A stretch of 64,000 nt of DNA from Mobula hypostoma (lineage: Eukaryota): contig NC_086097.1 in NCBI RefSeq assembly GCF_963921235.1, positions 246,824,001-246,888,000 of the forward strand, read 5' to 3'. Shown here one piece after another: positions 11,980 to 23,800 of the stretch. The notes below the pieces were generated by a model. That model saw nothing but the letters and a program-made list of their open reading frames with translations, was not told the DNA's origin and made no database searches. The position numbers and the translations under genes are program-made. Numbering within the stretch: position 1 is the stretch's first letter; the number at the start of each line of letters is the position of its first letter.

Positions 11980-13625
11980 GGGGCATAATGGTAGTGTAGC
12001 AGTTCGCACATCGCTATTAACATTTGGGGGTGGGGTTCTGAAGTACAGAGTTCAATTCTGGCTCAGTGTGTAAGGAGTTTGAATGTTGTCTGTGAGCACC
12101 TGGGTTTCTTTTGAATGCTCTGGTTTCCTCCCAGTCCAAAGACCATCAGACATTGGTGCAGAATTAGGCCATTCAACCCATCAAGTCTACTCCGTCATTT
12201 CATCATGGCTGATCTGTTTCCCTCTCAACCCAATTCTCCTCTCTTCTCTTTATAATCATTCACACCATGACTTATCAAGAATTTGTCAACCTCCACCTCA
12301 AATACACTCAATGACCTGGTCTTGGTCTGCGAAAACGAATTCAACAGATTCACCACCCTCTGGCTAAAATAATTCCTCATTTCCATTCTAAATGGACGCT
12401 TCTCTAGGCTGTCTGGTCCTAGACACCCTCACTACAGGAAACAACTATCCACTATCTCGGTCAGGGGCTCCCAATCTTTTTTAATGACATGGATCCCTAC
12501 CATTAACCGAGGGATCTGTGGACCACAGGTTGGGAACCCCCGATCTAGGCCTTTCAACACTCGATTGGTTTCAATGAGATCTCACAATTTTCAAATTCCA
12601 GTGAGTACAGGCCCAGAGCCATCAAACACTCTTCATAAAATGAGTCTTTCAATCCCAGAATCATTCTCATGACCCTCCTCTATACCCTCTCCAATGTCAG
12701 CACATCCCTCCTTAAATAAGTAGTCCAAAACTGCTCACAATACTCCAAGTGAGGCCTCACTAGTGCCTTAAGTTACAGTGCCTCAGCATTACATCCTCCT
12801 TTTTACATATTAGTCCTCTTGAAATGAATGCTGCCACTGCATTTGCCCTCCTCACCACAGACTCAACCTGCAAGTTAACCTTTAGGGAATCCTGCAGAAG
12901 GATTCCCAAACCCCTTTGCACCTTAGATATTTTAATTTTCTCGCAGTGCGTGACCATACACTACCCAACACTGTACTCTATCTTCAACTTCTTTGCCCAT
13001 TCTCCTAATCTATTTATGTCCTTCTGGAGTCTCTCTACTTCCTCAACACTACCTGCCCCTCTACCTATCTTCGTATTGTCTACAAACTTGGCTACAAAAC
13101 CTGCAATTCCATCATCCAAGTCATTGACATAAAAAGAAGCGGTCCCTACACCGATCATTGCAGAACACCACTCATCACCAGCAGCCAAACAGAAGAGGCT
13201 CCCTTTATTCCTATTCTTTGCCAATGCTCTGTCCATGCTAATATTTTTCCTGTAATACCATGGGCCCTTATCTTACTAAACAGCCTCAAGTGTGATACCT
13301 TGTCAAAGGCCTTTAGTACACAACATCCACTGATTTTTCTTTGTCTATCTTGCTTGTTATTTCCTTAAAGAATTCCAACAGATTTATCAGGCAAGATTTT
13401 CCCTTAAGGAAATTATGCTGACTTTGGCCTATTTTACATGTGCATCCAAGTACCTTGAAACCTCAACCTTAACAATCGAACAAAAGAAATACCAGTTAGT
13501 GGGTTAATTGGTCATTATCATTCGTCCTGTGATTAGAATGGTGCTGTATGGGTGGGTTGCTAGACAGTGACTCGCTGGGCCGAACGGCCTGTTCTGCACC
13601 GCACCTCAAAATAAATAAAATAAGA
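11980..13625 (+). mobile_element. V-SINE (11980-12142 and 13482-13625) split by a minus-strand CR1 (about 12143-13480)
   Basis: SINE head GGGGCATAATGGTAGTGTAGC..TGGTTTCCTCCCAGTCCAAAGAC resumes at GGTTAATTGGTCATT. CR1 RT motifs ..VNDLDDGIAGFVAKFVDNTKIG.. on the minus strand. Confidence 0.75.
12462..12542. mobile_element. 81-bp hAT (Charlie-type) MITE inside a CR1
   Basis: TIRs CAGGGGCTCCCAATC / GGTTGGGAACCCCCG; imperfect 8-bp TSD ATCTCGGT / ATCTAGGC. Confidence 0.75.
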
Positions 13626-14679
13626 TGTCCAAATTCTCCCTTTTTACCAGATAACTGCAGCACTGAAATAAGCTATTTGGTGCAATAAGTGTTTGTGCTT
13701 CTTGCAAACTACACGCCAGTCCCTTGATTGAAAAATATAACCACATCAACTTATCTATTTCTTGAGTTTATTAAGCTTCCCCTTGTAACTATTTGGGGGT
13801 ACTGTATATCTCAAGCACTACAAAATGCTAGTTGCTGCAGTCTAATCGCCAAGCAAAGGGAATTCTTCTCATTGTCAGTTTTTGGATTTATAATTTTAAT
13901 ATTTATTCCCCCAGGTCTCAAGTAAGCCACAAACCAAAACATATCCACATCTAGCCTTTTAATTTTTTTTAATTCCCAAAGATTACATTCTGTCATTGTC
14001 TCTTTTCTATTTAAAAGAAACTCCAGCCTGTTCAAAATTGTTTGTATCCTCCTAGATTTTTGAACAAACTTTCTCTTCTCCATGCCTCCAGGTACTTTCA
14101 TTGATGCATACTGGAGTACGGAGAAGAGCATTTCTGAAAAGGAAGTATATTTTACTTTATTATCTACTTGTTTTTGTACCTATTGCAAACTTTAAAATAG
14201 TACTTCCAATTCCACAATGCCAATTCTTTAACTAAATAGTGAACGATAGTCCCTTTATTGATCCTCTTGAACAAATACTTTTTGCAATCCTGACCATCTT
14301 CAAATTCCATTTTTGTCCCAGTTTTATGTAACTATTCTGCTGTCTGTTCTGCAACTTAGTTCTTAGCTCTGCACATTCAAGAGTTTAAAGCATTCAGTAA
14401 TGTAAAAGATGTGTTTAACTCCGAACACTTGTTATCTTTTACATTACTGAATGGTTTAAAAAAATCCAAATCTGCTAATTTCATTATTCATCTATTTTTC
14501 TTTTGCTTGCTTTGAAGAATTAAATTGGCACGTTAAGTATAAGTTTGGGGTGGGTTTAAACTAAGTTGGCATGGGGATACGAAACAGTGATAGTGCTGAG
14601 GATAGGGCAGTTGATATACAAGTAGATGCAGTGTGTAGTGAGACTGAGGAAAAACAAGTTCTTGATAGGGTAAAATTGC

Positions 14680-15220
14680 AATCAGTGGGATGAGTTGTAA
14701 CATGGGGGCAAAAATCAAGAAGGGTGATGAATACAGGATTGAAGATGTAATAGTATATTTGAATGCATGCATGATACAGAATATGATCTCGTAGCACAGT
14801 TAGAGATTGGGTTTTGACATTGTGGGCATTAATTAATCGTAGTTGAAAGATCATAATTGGGAATTCAAGGATACACCTTGTATTGAAGGGACAGACAGGT
14901 CGGCAGAGGGGGTGAGGTGGCTCTGTTGGGAAGAAAAATGAGATCACAAGCTTAGAAAGAGGAAGGAATGGTTTAGAATCCTTGTGGGTAGAGTTAAGAA
15001 ACTGCAACGGTAAAATAAAAATCTTGATGAGAAATACTTGAGGAACCTGAGGGGGAACACTTCACTCAGATGATTATGAGAGTGTGGAAGGAGTTGTTAA
15101 TGCAAGTGCCGGATGCAAGTTCATCGATGGGAAGGGTATAAAGGCTATAGTCTGAGTGCGAGTAGATTGGTAACAGGTAGTCAGGGAGTAGATGGGCCAA
15201 AAGGCCAGTCACTGTGCTCC
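14680..15220 (+). mobile_element. CR1 endonuclease-region fragment, old
   Basis: Y-LNA..I.N, ..GRGGEVALL.., ESLWVELRNC remnants. Confidence 0.65.
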
Positions 15221-16752
15221 ACGACTATTATCATAAATTAACATCTAATGAGGAACATTCATTAATATAGACAAAAATGATAAGCAAATCTGAAGCTTTT
15301 TCCTCCATTAATATATACCTTTCCTTGTAAGAAAAAAAACTTGTATAAATTTCTATTGTACCCTCCCGTTCAGTACAGTCCAGTTTCCCTTCAATAATTA
15401 GTCAAAATTGACCAAATTAGAGTTGATGAGTTAAATGATAAACTTATTCAGGGACTATGAGTGCACAATAGGTCACTTACGAGAAAATCAGCAACACGGT
15501 TTGAATTAAATTTTTCAGGATGCTCAGATATTGAGGTTGGTCATTTCAAAATATTGAAATTATTGATGAAATTTTGGAATATATCCTTTACCTATAGTCC
15601 ATGGGGTAAACTGTAGCTGGACACCTGGGGCACAATCATAATGCGACAGGTTTAAAATGAAATTTTGTTTTCTGAATGCTCACCAGACAAGAAGAGAGGT
15701 TGAAAATACAAGTTGGAATCCAAATACATTGCTGGTTCCCAAATAACTGTCTGAGTTAGTAGGACAAAGAGCGTGAAAGTAACAATTGAAAAGCAGTGTT
15801 TAAAGATGCACCTTAGTTATCATGGTCTTTTCAGTTATTTGCAAACAGATCTCTGAACTTAAAGTCATAAACCATAAACACAAATAATTGTTTTAAGGCT
15901 CAAAAACCTATGTAAAGTACCACACAAAGAGCTTATTAATACATTTTAAGGCTTGGATGGCATTCGATAAGGATGAGAAATTAGTTACATACGAGTGAAC
16001 TCTACAATTCTTCATTTAGCCCAAATTTGGGAGACGCTGAATTATCAAATAACTCAAAAATCTTCAGTAATGCAATTATGTGTATATCTATATTGTGTAT
16101 TTAAATCTTGATTTATTGCATGAACCCACAACTATCTAGTTCAGAGGGGTCAGTGCTCCGAAGCTTAAATTAAGCACATTAACATTTGCAAATTAAGAGA
16201 GAGACATAGGGACAAGAAAGGTGGTGCCGAGGAAGCATCCAGAAAACAGAACACATGATGTGAGGAAAATTGAAGAGGTGAAGAGACATCAAGGCCAGAC
16301 ATAAAGAGGGGCGCAATTGCACAGTGTGAAATAGGAGGGCAGAGAGACGTGCATACACATACAAAGTTGAAGAAACAAAAGGTACCATTAAAAAGATAAA
16401 ATCAAAATGGTAGTCAATAGGTAGTTAACTTTTGGGGACAGCAAGCCCAACAGCCATGTAAAGGAGCAGTAATGTCAATTAACTGAGAGATTGTATTGAC
16501 TGAGCGTTTGAGTTCAACAGCACCTTAGTGTTAATTTTACATATACAAGGAAGTCAGTCTAGCACTTTATCATCAATGCCACTTAAAGCACATTCTGTTT
16601 TAACAGAGAAACAAAGCCAAATTTCAGTTTTGGAGCCTTAAGGACAGAACATGGAGACGAGCTGAAGGCATATTTGTAGCAGACCCTTTTATTAATGAAC
16701 AAGCAGCACAAATGAGAAAACAAAGCCAACAGAAAGCAGAGTTATCACTGAC

Positions 16753-16952
16753 CTATTCCTATACTGGAATTGCCCTGAGTTTTATGTTGAGGGAGTTGTA
16801 AGCCTTGAGGTGTGTTGTTCCTGCTATCATCCAAACTTAAAGCAGAGTCCTTACGAGAAACTTTTGGTGCTGTATCATCACTAATTCCAGACTGCTTCTG
16901 TCTTCGCCGTTTTTTGCTCCACAATTCATGACAATCTTGCCAGTGTGGCAGG
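16753..16952 (-). CDS. CDK13: CDK13 exon 12 (200 bp): [22 protein letters not shown]...GNSSIGI, kinase C-terminal extension
   Basis: CTTCCTAG acceptor, GTCAGT donor; DCHEL motif and KKRRRQK polybasic cluster; phase 2 to phase 1. Confidence 0.94.
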
Positions 16953-17094
16953 CTAGGAAGAAATATTGATATAATTAGTTGTGTTTTAAGATGCACTTTC
17001 TGTGTTCTCTCAGCAGCTCTACACCAATAACTATTTATGAGCATTATTCCTACTTCTGCTTCGAAAATTATCAAAATAAACTGTATTCATTAAA

Positions 17095-19755
17095 ACAACA
17101 CACACACAATGCTGGTGGACCTCAGCAGGCCAGGCAGCGCCTATAGAAAAAAGTACAGGCAACATTTTGGGCCGAGACCCTTCGGCAGGACTGGAGAAAA
17201 ACAAGATGAGGAATGGATTTAAAAGGTGGGAGAGGGGAGAGAGAATCACGAGTCAAAAGGTGAAATCAGGAGGGGGTAGGATGAAGTATAGAGCTGTGAA
17301 GTTGACTGATGAAAGAGATACAGGGCTGGATAAGGAAGAGTCTGTTAGGAGAGAACAGAAGGTTATGAAAGAAAGAAGAGGTGAAGAGCAGCAGATGGGC
17401 AGGCAAGGAGGTATGGTGAGAGAGGGAAAAGGGGATGGGGAATGCTGAAGGGATGGCGGGGCCATTACCAGAAGTTTGAGAAATCCATGTTCATGCCATC
17501 AGGTTGGAAGCTACCCAGATGGAATACAAGGTGTTGTTCCTCCATCCTGAGCGTGGCCTCATCATGACAGTAGAGAAGGCCATGGATAAATACTTTGGAA
17601 GGAGAATGGGACATGGAATTAAAATGGATGGCCACTGGGAGATCCTGCTTCTTCTGGCATATGGAGCTTAGGTACTTTGTGATCTACATCATCTCTCAAT
17701 GATATACAGGAGGCCACACTGGGAGCACAGGACACAGCATATGACCCCAAAAGACTCACAGGCAAAGTGTTGCTTCACCTGAAAGGATTGTTTGGGGCCC
17801 TGAATAGTAACGAGGGAGGTAGTGTGGGGCAGGTGTAGGGCTTGTTCTGCTTGCAAGGATAAGTGTCAGAAGAGAGGGAAATATGTGCTTGGTGGTGGGA
17901 TCCTGCTGGAGGTGACAAAAGTTACGGAGAATTATGTGCTGGACGCAGCGGCTGGTGGAGTGGTAGGCGAGGCCAAGAGGAACCCTACCCCTGGTAGGGA
18001 GGCAGGAGGATGGTTTGAGCGTGAAATGGAATAGATGTGGTTGAGGACAGCATTGATGGTGGAGGAAGGGAAGCCCCTTTCTTTGAAAAAGGATATCTCC
18101 TTAGTTTTAGAATGAAAAGCCTCATCCTGAGAGCAGATGCAGCAGAGATGGAGGAATTTTTACATTTGGCATTTTTACATTTAACAGGGTGGAAAAAGGT
18201 ATAGTCCAGGTAGCTGTGAGAGTCCGTGGGTTTATAATAGACATCAGTAGATAAGCTGTCTCCAGGGATAAAGACAGTGAGAACAAGAAAAGGAAGGGAG
18301 GTATTGGAAATTGACCAGGTAAATTTGAGGGCAGGATGGGAAGTTGCAGGCAACGAGCTCCGTGTGGATGCAGGAAGCAGTACCAATGCAGTCATCGGTG
18401 TAGCATAGGAAAAGTGGGGAATGGATACCATTGTAGGCTTGGAACACAGACTGTTCCACGTAGCCGATAAGCAGGCAGGCATAGCTGGGACTCATGTGAG
18501 TGCCCATAGCTACACCTTTTGTTTGAAGGGAATGGGAGGAGCCAAAGGAGAAATTATTAAGAGTGAGGACAAGTTCTGCTAGTTAGAGGAGAGTGGTGGT
18601 GGAGGGGATCTGGTTGGGTCTGGTGTCCAGAAAGGAACAGACAGCTTTGAGGCCTTCCTGGTTGAGGAGGGAGGTGTACAGGGACTGGATAGTGGAAAAT
18701 AGATGATGGGGGCCAGGTAACTTGAAATCACTGTTCACACACTCTGGATCTTTTCAGTCACAGATGTAGATAGGAAGGGATTGAACTAGGGAGGATAAGA
18801 CAAAGTCGAGGTATATAGGGCAGGAACAAGCTGAAATGATTTGTCTACTTGGACAAGCGGGTTTGTGGACCTTGGGTAGGAGGTAAAAATGGGAGGTGTG
18901 AGGTTCGGGAACTATGAGGTTGATGGCAGTGGGTGGGAGCTCCCCATAAAGTTAGTGGTGGTGTGGGAGAAAATGGCCTGGTGCTCCTCACTGGGATCCT
19001 GTTCGAGGGGTAAGAGGTGTCTGAGAGTGGTCCCTACGCCTCAGCAAGGTAGAGGTCCACTTTCCTGCCAGACGACTACAGCACCCCCTTTAACCGTGGG
19101 TTTGACGGTTACGTTAGGATTAGTGCAGAAGGAATGGAGAGCACAGCACTTGGAGGGGGCGAGGTTGGAATTGGAGAGAGGAGTGTTGAAGTTGAGACAG
19201 TTGATGTCCCGTAAGCAGTTATCAATGAAAAGGTCCAGAGCAGGCAGAAAACCAGGGCAGGGTGTCCAGGAAGAGGAGAAGGGTTGAAGATGGCAGAAGG
19301 GGTCATCGGTGCAGGGGTGGAGAGTCCTCGCCAAAGGAGGAGGCTCGAAGATGATAGCGGCAGAAGAAAAGCTCAGCATCATGGCAGTCACGGAACTCAC
19401 TGAGGTGTGGACGCAGGGGGACAATGGTGAGATCCTTAATGAGGACAGAACATTCTGCCTCAGAGAGGAGGAGGTCAGAAGGAATAGTGAAGACCCAGCA
19501 CAGATGAGAGCTAGGATCGGGGTGGGGAGGGGAGGGGGTTGGTAGTGTTTGAGAAGGAGGTTTGGGGTGTTCAGGGATGGTGGTATGAGATAAAGATGGA
19601 GTCTCTGAAGGCCCAAGAGCTGGTGGTGGAAGCTGTGAGAGATGGGATTGCGGAGAGGTGGTGGGGAAAGGGGTGATAGGGGTTCCAGCAGCAGTGTGTG
19701 AAGACCCAGCCTGGAGGTCAAGGCTGGAGTCAGAGTTGGAGGTTGCGCAATCAGC
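17095..19755 (-). mobile_element. Penelope-like retroelement (RT + GIY-YIG endonuclease + pseudo-LTR end), decayed
   Basis: GVAMGTHMSPSYACLLIGYVEQS..FLCYTDD RT motif; VYYKPTDSHSYLDY; GVICCVLCSQCGLLYI GIY-YIG remnant near 17700-17750; hammerhead-like terminal motif at about 17150-17195. Confidence 0.88.
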
Positions 19756-19759
19756 ACTT

Positions 19760-19935
19760 TGGATTTACAACGATCAATTAACCCGGTCTTTGGACTGTGG
19801 GGGGAAACCAGAACACCGGGGAAAACCCACATGTTCCACAGGGAGGATGTACAGGGACTCCATACAGAACAGCACCGAAACTGAACTCCAAAACACCCTG
19901 AGCTGTAATAGCTAAAGCTATGCTACTGTGGCATC
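19760..19935 (-). mobile_element. HE1/V-SINE-like fragment
   Basis: GTCTTTGGACTGTGGGGGGAAACCAGAACACCGGGGAAAACCCAC. Confidence 0.7.
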
Positions 19936-20834
19936 CAAATTTAAAAAAATATACATCATAAATAAAAAAAATTTACAAGAGTAAACCATGCAATGCCTTT
20001 TCAATCTTACATTCAGAATCAATGTGTTAAGTAGTGTTCTATTAAGATTCAAGATGGCAGCTCGATGCCACCATGAGCATCGTCACATTCCTGAAAACCA
20101 GGAGGACCGTTGCCACTCATGTGGCCCCAAGACTGGTGAACTACTATAGCAAATGAGGGGTCTCCTCACTCAACTCGGCCCCTTCGTGTTCAATATCAGA
20201 AGAACTTGCGCACTTACTCTAAGGCAGCAAGGCCCATTGATGGACTTGGTGCTATTTCAGCCCCAGAATAAAGAAGACCTGCTCAGTCTTCCATTACTTG
20301 TAGAAGGCTTTCTCATTTTTATTAAAGACCAGAAACATGCAGGAAAAGCTAGCATTCTGACAGGTGTTCAGAATTACTGATTTTAATGAAATGTTTTCCA
20401 GTCAGAACTGCAGTTGAACTTTTTCGGGCCACTCAATTACTTCATGAATAATTTGCATATTAATTCCTAGCCCCAATTTGGTTTTATAACATTACCTTTG
20501 CACAAATGAAATATAATCACCTTAGTTTGTAATTACCTTGAGGGAAGCCATTTCAGATTCCCATCATCCCTCCCTAAATAATGGAGTTATGAAGTTATCC
20601 CTCTCTTTCTCTAAACTCCAGCATCACCCTTTTCACACATAATGTTAATTATTTCACCTCAACTTTCCATAAGCAAACTGTCTTTGAACTAATCCTGATA
20701 GACTCAAGTAGATTGGAAGTATAAATCAAATGAGTAAGATTGGACACATTTATGGAAGAGTATTTCAGACAGACCGTTGGCAGTATTCAAATTGAATTCC
20801 ACACTTCTGGACCTTCTTGGGCTCAGAAATAATA

Positions 20835-23800
20835 AGACCATAAGACATAGGAGCAGGATTAGGCCATCTGGTCCATTGAGTCTGCTCCACCATTCAATCA
20901 TGGCTGATCCTTTGTTCTATCTCCTCCTCAACCCCAGTTCCCGGCCTTCTCCCTGTAACCTTTGATGCCATGTCCAATCAAGAACCTATCATTCTCTGCC
21001 TTAAATACACTCAATAACCTGGCCTCCACAGCTGCATGTGGCAAGAAATTCCACATATTCCCCACCCTTTGGTTGAAGAAATTTCTCCCCATCTGTTTTG
21101 AAAGGCGCCCCTCTACCCTGAGGCTGTGTCCTCTTGTCCTAGACTCTCCCACCATGGGAAACATCCTTTCCACATCTATTCTGTCTAGGCCTTTCAACAT
21201 TCCAAAAGTTTCAATGAGATCCCCCTTCATCCTTCTGAATTCCAGTGAGTACAGACCCAGAACCATCAAATGTTCCTCACATGATAACCCCTTCACTCCC
21301 GGACCCTCTCCAATGCCAGCACATCTTTTCTAAGATAAGGGGCCCAAAACTGTTGACAATACACAAGGTGAGGCCTCACCAGTGCCTGATAAAGCCTCAG
21401 CAATACATCCTTGTTCTTGTATTCTAGACCTCTTGAAATAAATGCTAACATGGCATTTGGCTTCCTCACCACTGACTCCCAAGCCCCACTCATCTCAGAT
21501 TCCTGGATTTTCTCTCTGGTTTGAAAATATTCCACACATTTATTTTGACTACCAAAGTGCAGAACTATGCATTTTCCAACATTATATTTCATTTGCCACC
21601 TTCTTGCCCATTCTCCTAACTGGTCTAAGTCTTTCTGCGTCCTACCTGTTTCCTCAACACTACCTGCCCCTCTACCAATGCTCATATCATCTACAAACTT
21701 GGCAACAAAGCCATCTATTCCATCATCTAAATCATTCATATATAGCATAAAAAGAAGTGGCCCCAATACTGACCCCTGCAGAATGCCACTAAGTCACTGG
21801 CAGCCAAACAGAAAAGGATCCTTTTATTCCCACTCGCTGCCTCCTACCAATCAGCCAATGCTCTAACCAAGCTAGTAACTTTCTTGTAATATCATGGGCT
21901 CCTAACCTGGTAAGCAGCCTCATGTGTGGCACCTTGTCAAAGGCCTTCTGAAAGTCCAAATATACAACATCCACTGCATCCCCTTTATCTATCCTACTTG
22001 TAATCGCCGCAAGGAATTCCAACAGGTTCGTCAGGCAGGATTTTCCCTGAAGGAAACCATGCTGACTTTGTCCTATCTTGTCCTGTGTCACCAAGTACTC
22101 CATCACCTCATCGTTGACAATTGACTCTCATATCTTCCCAACCACTGAGGTCAGGCTAACTGGTCTACAATTTCCTTTCAGCTACCTTCCTCCTTTCTTA
22201 AAGAGTGGAGTAACACTTGCAGTTTTCCAGTCCTCTGGCACCATGCCAGACTCCAATGATTTTTGAAAGATCATTTCTAATGCCACCACTATCTCTAATG
22301 CTCCTCTTTTAGAACCCTAGGGTGCAGTTCCTTTGGTTGGGGTGACTTATGTACCTTTAGGTCTTTCAGCTTTTTGAGCACCTTCTCCCTTGTAACAGTA
22401 ACTGCACCCACTTCTCTTCCTTCACACACTACAACATCAGGCGTACTGCCAGTGTCTTCCACAGTGAAGACTGATGTAAATAATTCATCAGCCTTTCCTT
22501 GTCTCCCATTATTTCTCCTGCCTCATTTTCTCACGGTTCTATATCCACTCTCATCTCTTATTTTTAAAGATACTTTTAAAAACTTTTACTGTCCACTTTG
22601 ATATTATTTGCTAATTTGCTTTGATATTTAATCTTTTCCCTTCTAATGATTTTTTTAGTTGTTCTCTGTAGGTTTTTAAAAACTTCCCAATCCTCCATCT
22701 TCCCACTAATTTTTGCTTTATTGTAGGCCTTTCTTTTGCTTTTACAATAGCTTTGACTTCCCTTGTCAGCCATGGCTATACTATTTTACCATTTGAGTAC
22801 TTCTTTATTTTTGTAATACACATGTCCTGCACCTTTTCATTTTTCCCAGAAACGTACGCCATTTCTGCTCTGCTGACATCCCTGCCAGCAGCTCCTTCCA
22901 ATTTACTTTGGCCAACTCTCTCATACCACTGTTATTTCCGGTACTCCACTGAAATACTGCTACATCAGACTTTACTTTCTCCCTATCAAATTTCAAGTTG
23001 AATACAATCATATTGTGATCACTGGTTCCCAAGGGTTCTTTTACCTTTAGCTCCATAATCTTCCTGAACAAGATAGCGCCGGTAACTGGTGACTCTGCGC
23101 ATGCTCTCCTGAGCATACCGCCCTCTACACTATCCTATACCCAAGAAACCCTTCTAAACCTACAATCTGCGACATCTAGCAAGATCAACAACACCCTGGC
23201 AAAGCTACTGACCCAGCTGGAGATCTCCATGCCAGAAGTGCTTCTTCAACTCCGGACCGCACCTGGACCCGACTAGCAAGGGCTGGTCCGAGGCCCACCA
23301 CGTTCCTGGAGACTCACGGTCTGCGACCATGCCGGAGCGCTTGGAGACACGACCCATTCCGACCAGCACCTCTCTGGAGCAGACGACCACGCAGAAGTGA
23401 TGTCGGAGACCTCAAGGTGCCCCAGACACTTCCCCAGAGCGACCACTGTAAAGCCCCGTTGATGGACATCCACTGCTGCCGAAAGTGAGGCGTCCGCCGC
23501 CGACCTCGGAAATCGAGCCCGAGGTTCGGCTGGAGCGGAGGCCTCTGCAACCGTGGCTCAGCTTACGGACTTGTTTCAGAAAGGAGCCAGGCCCTCCGGG
23601 ATTAAGTGTCGGCTTCGGGACCCGACCCGCCGATCGATCTCCACGGGACGCGTCCACCAACTTCAAAGAGCTGACAACAACACACTGCATCGATGGAAAC
23701 CTGGAAAGATGCACTATTTACTGAGGAAGCCTGGGAAAAGAGCTGGGCTGCTGGTCAGATTGAAGCTGAGGGGCTTCAGGGTCCCTATGCCTACCATCCT

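Noticed and set aside
13811..14131. 106-aa ORF in unique intron sequence as a nested gene or extra exon
   Set aside because: No recognisable domain, no convincing splice pair, length within chance expectation.
19041..19832. 263-aa Pro/Leu-rich ORF as a host gene
   Set aside because: Runs from a SINE into the frameshifted N-terminal part of the Penelope element.
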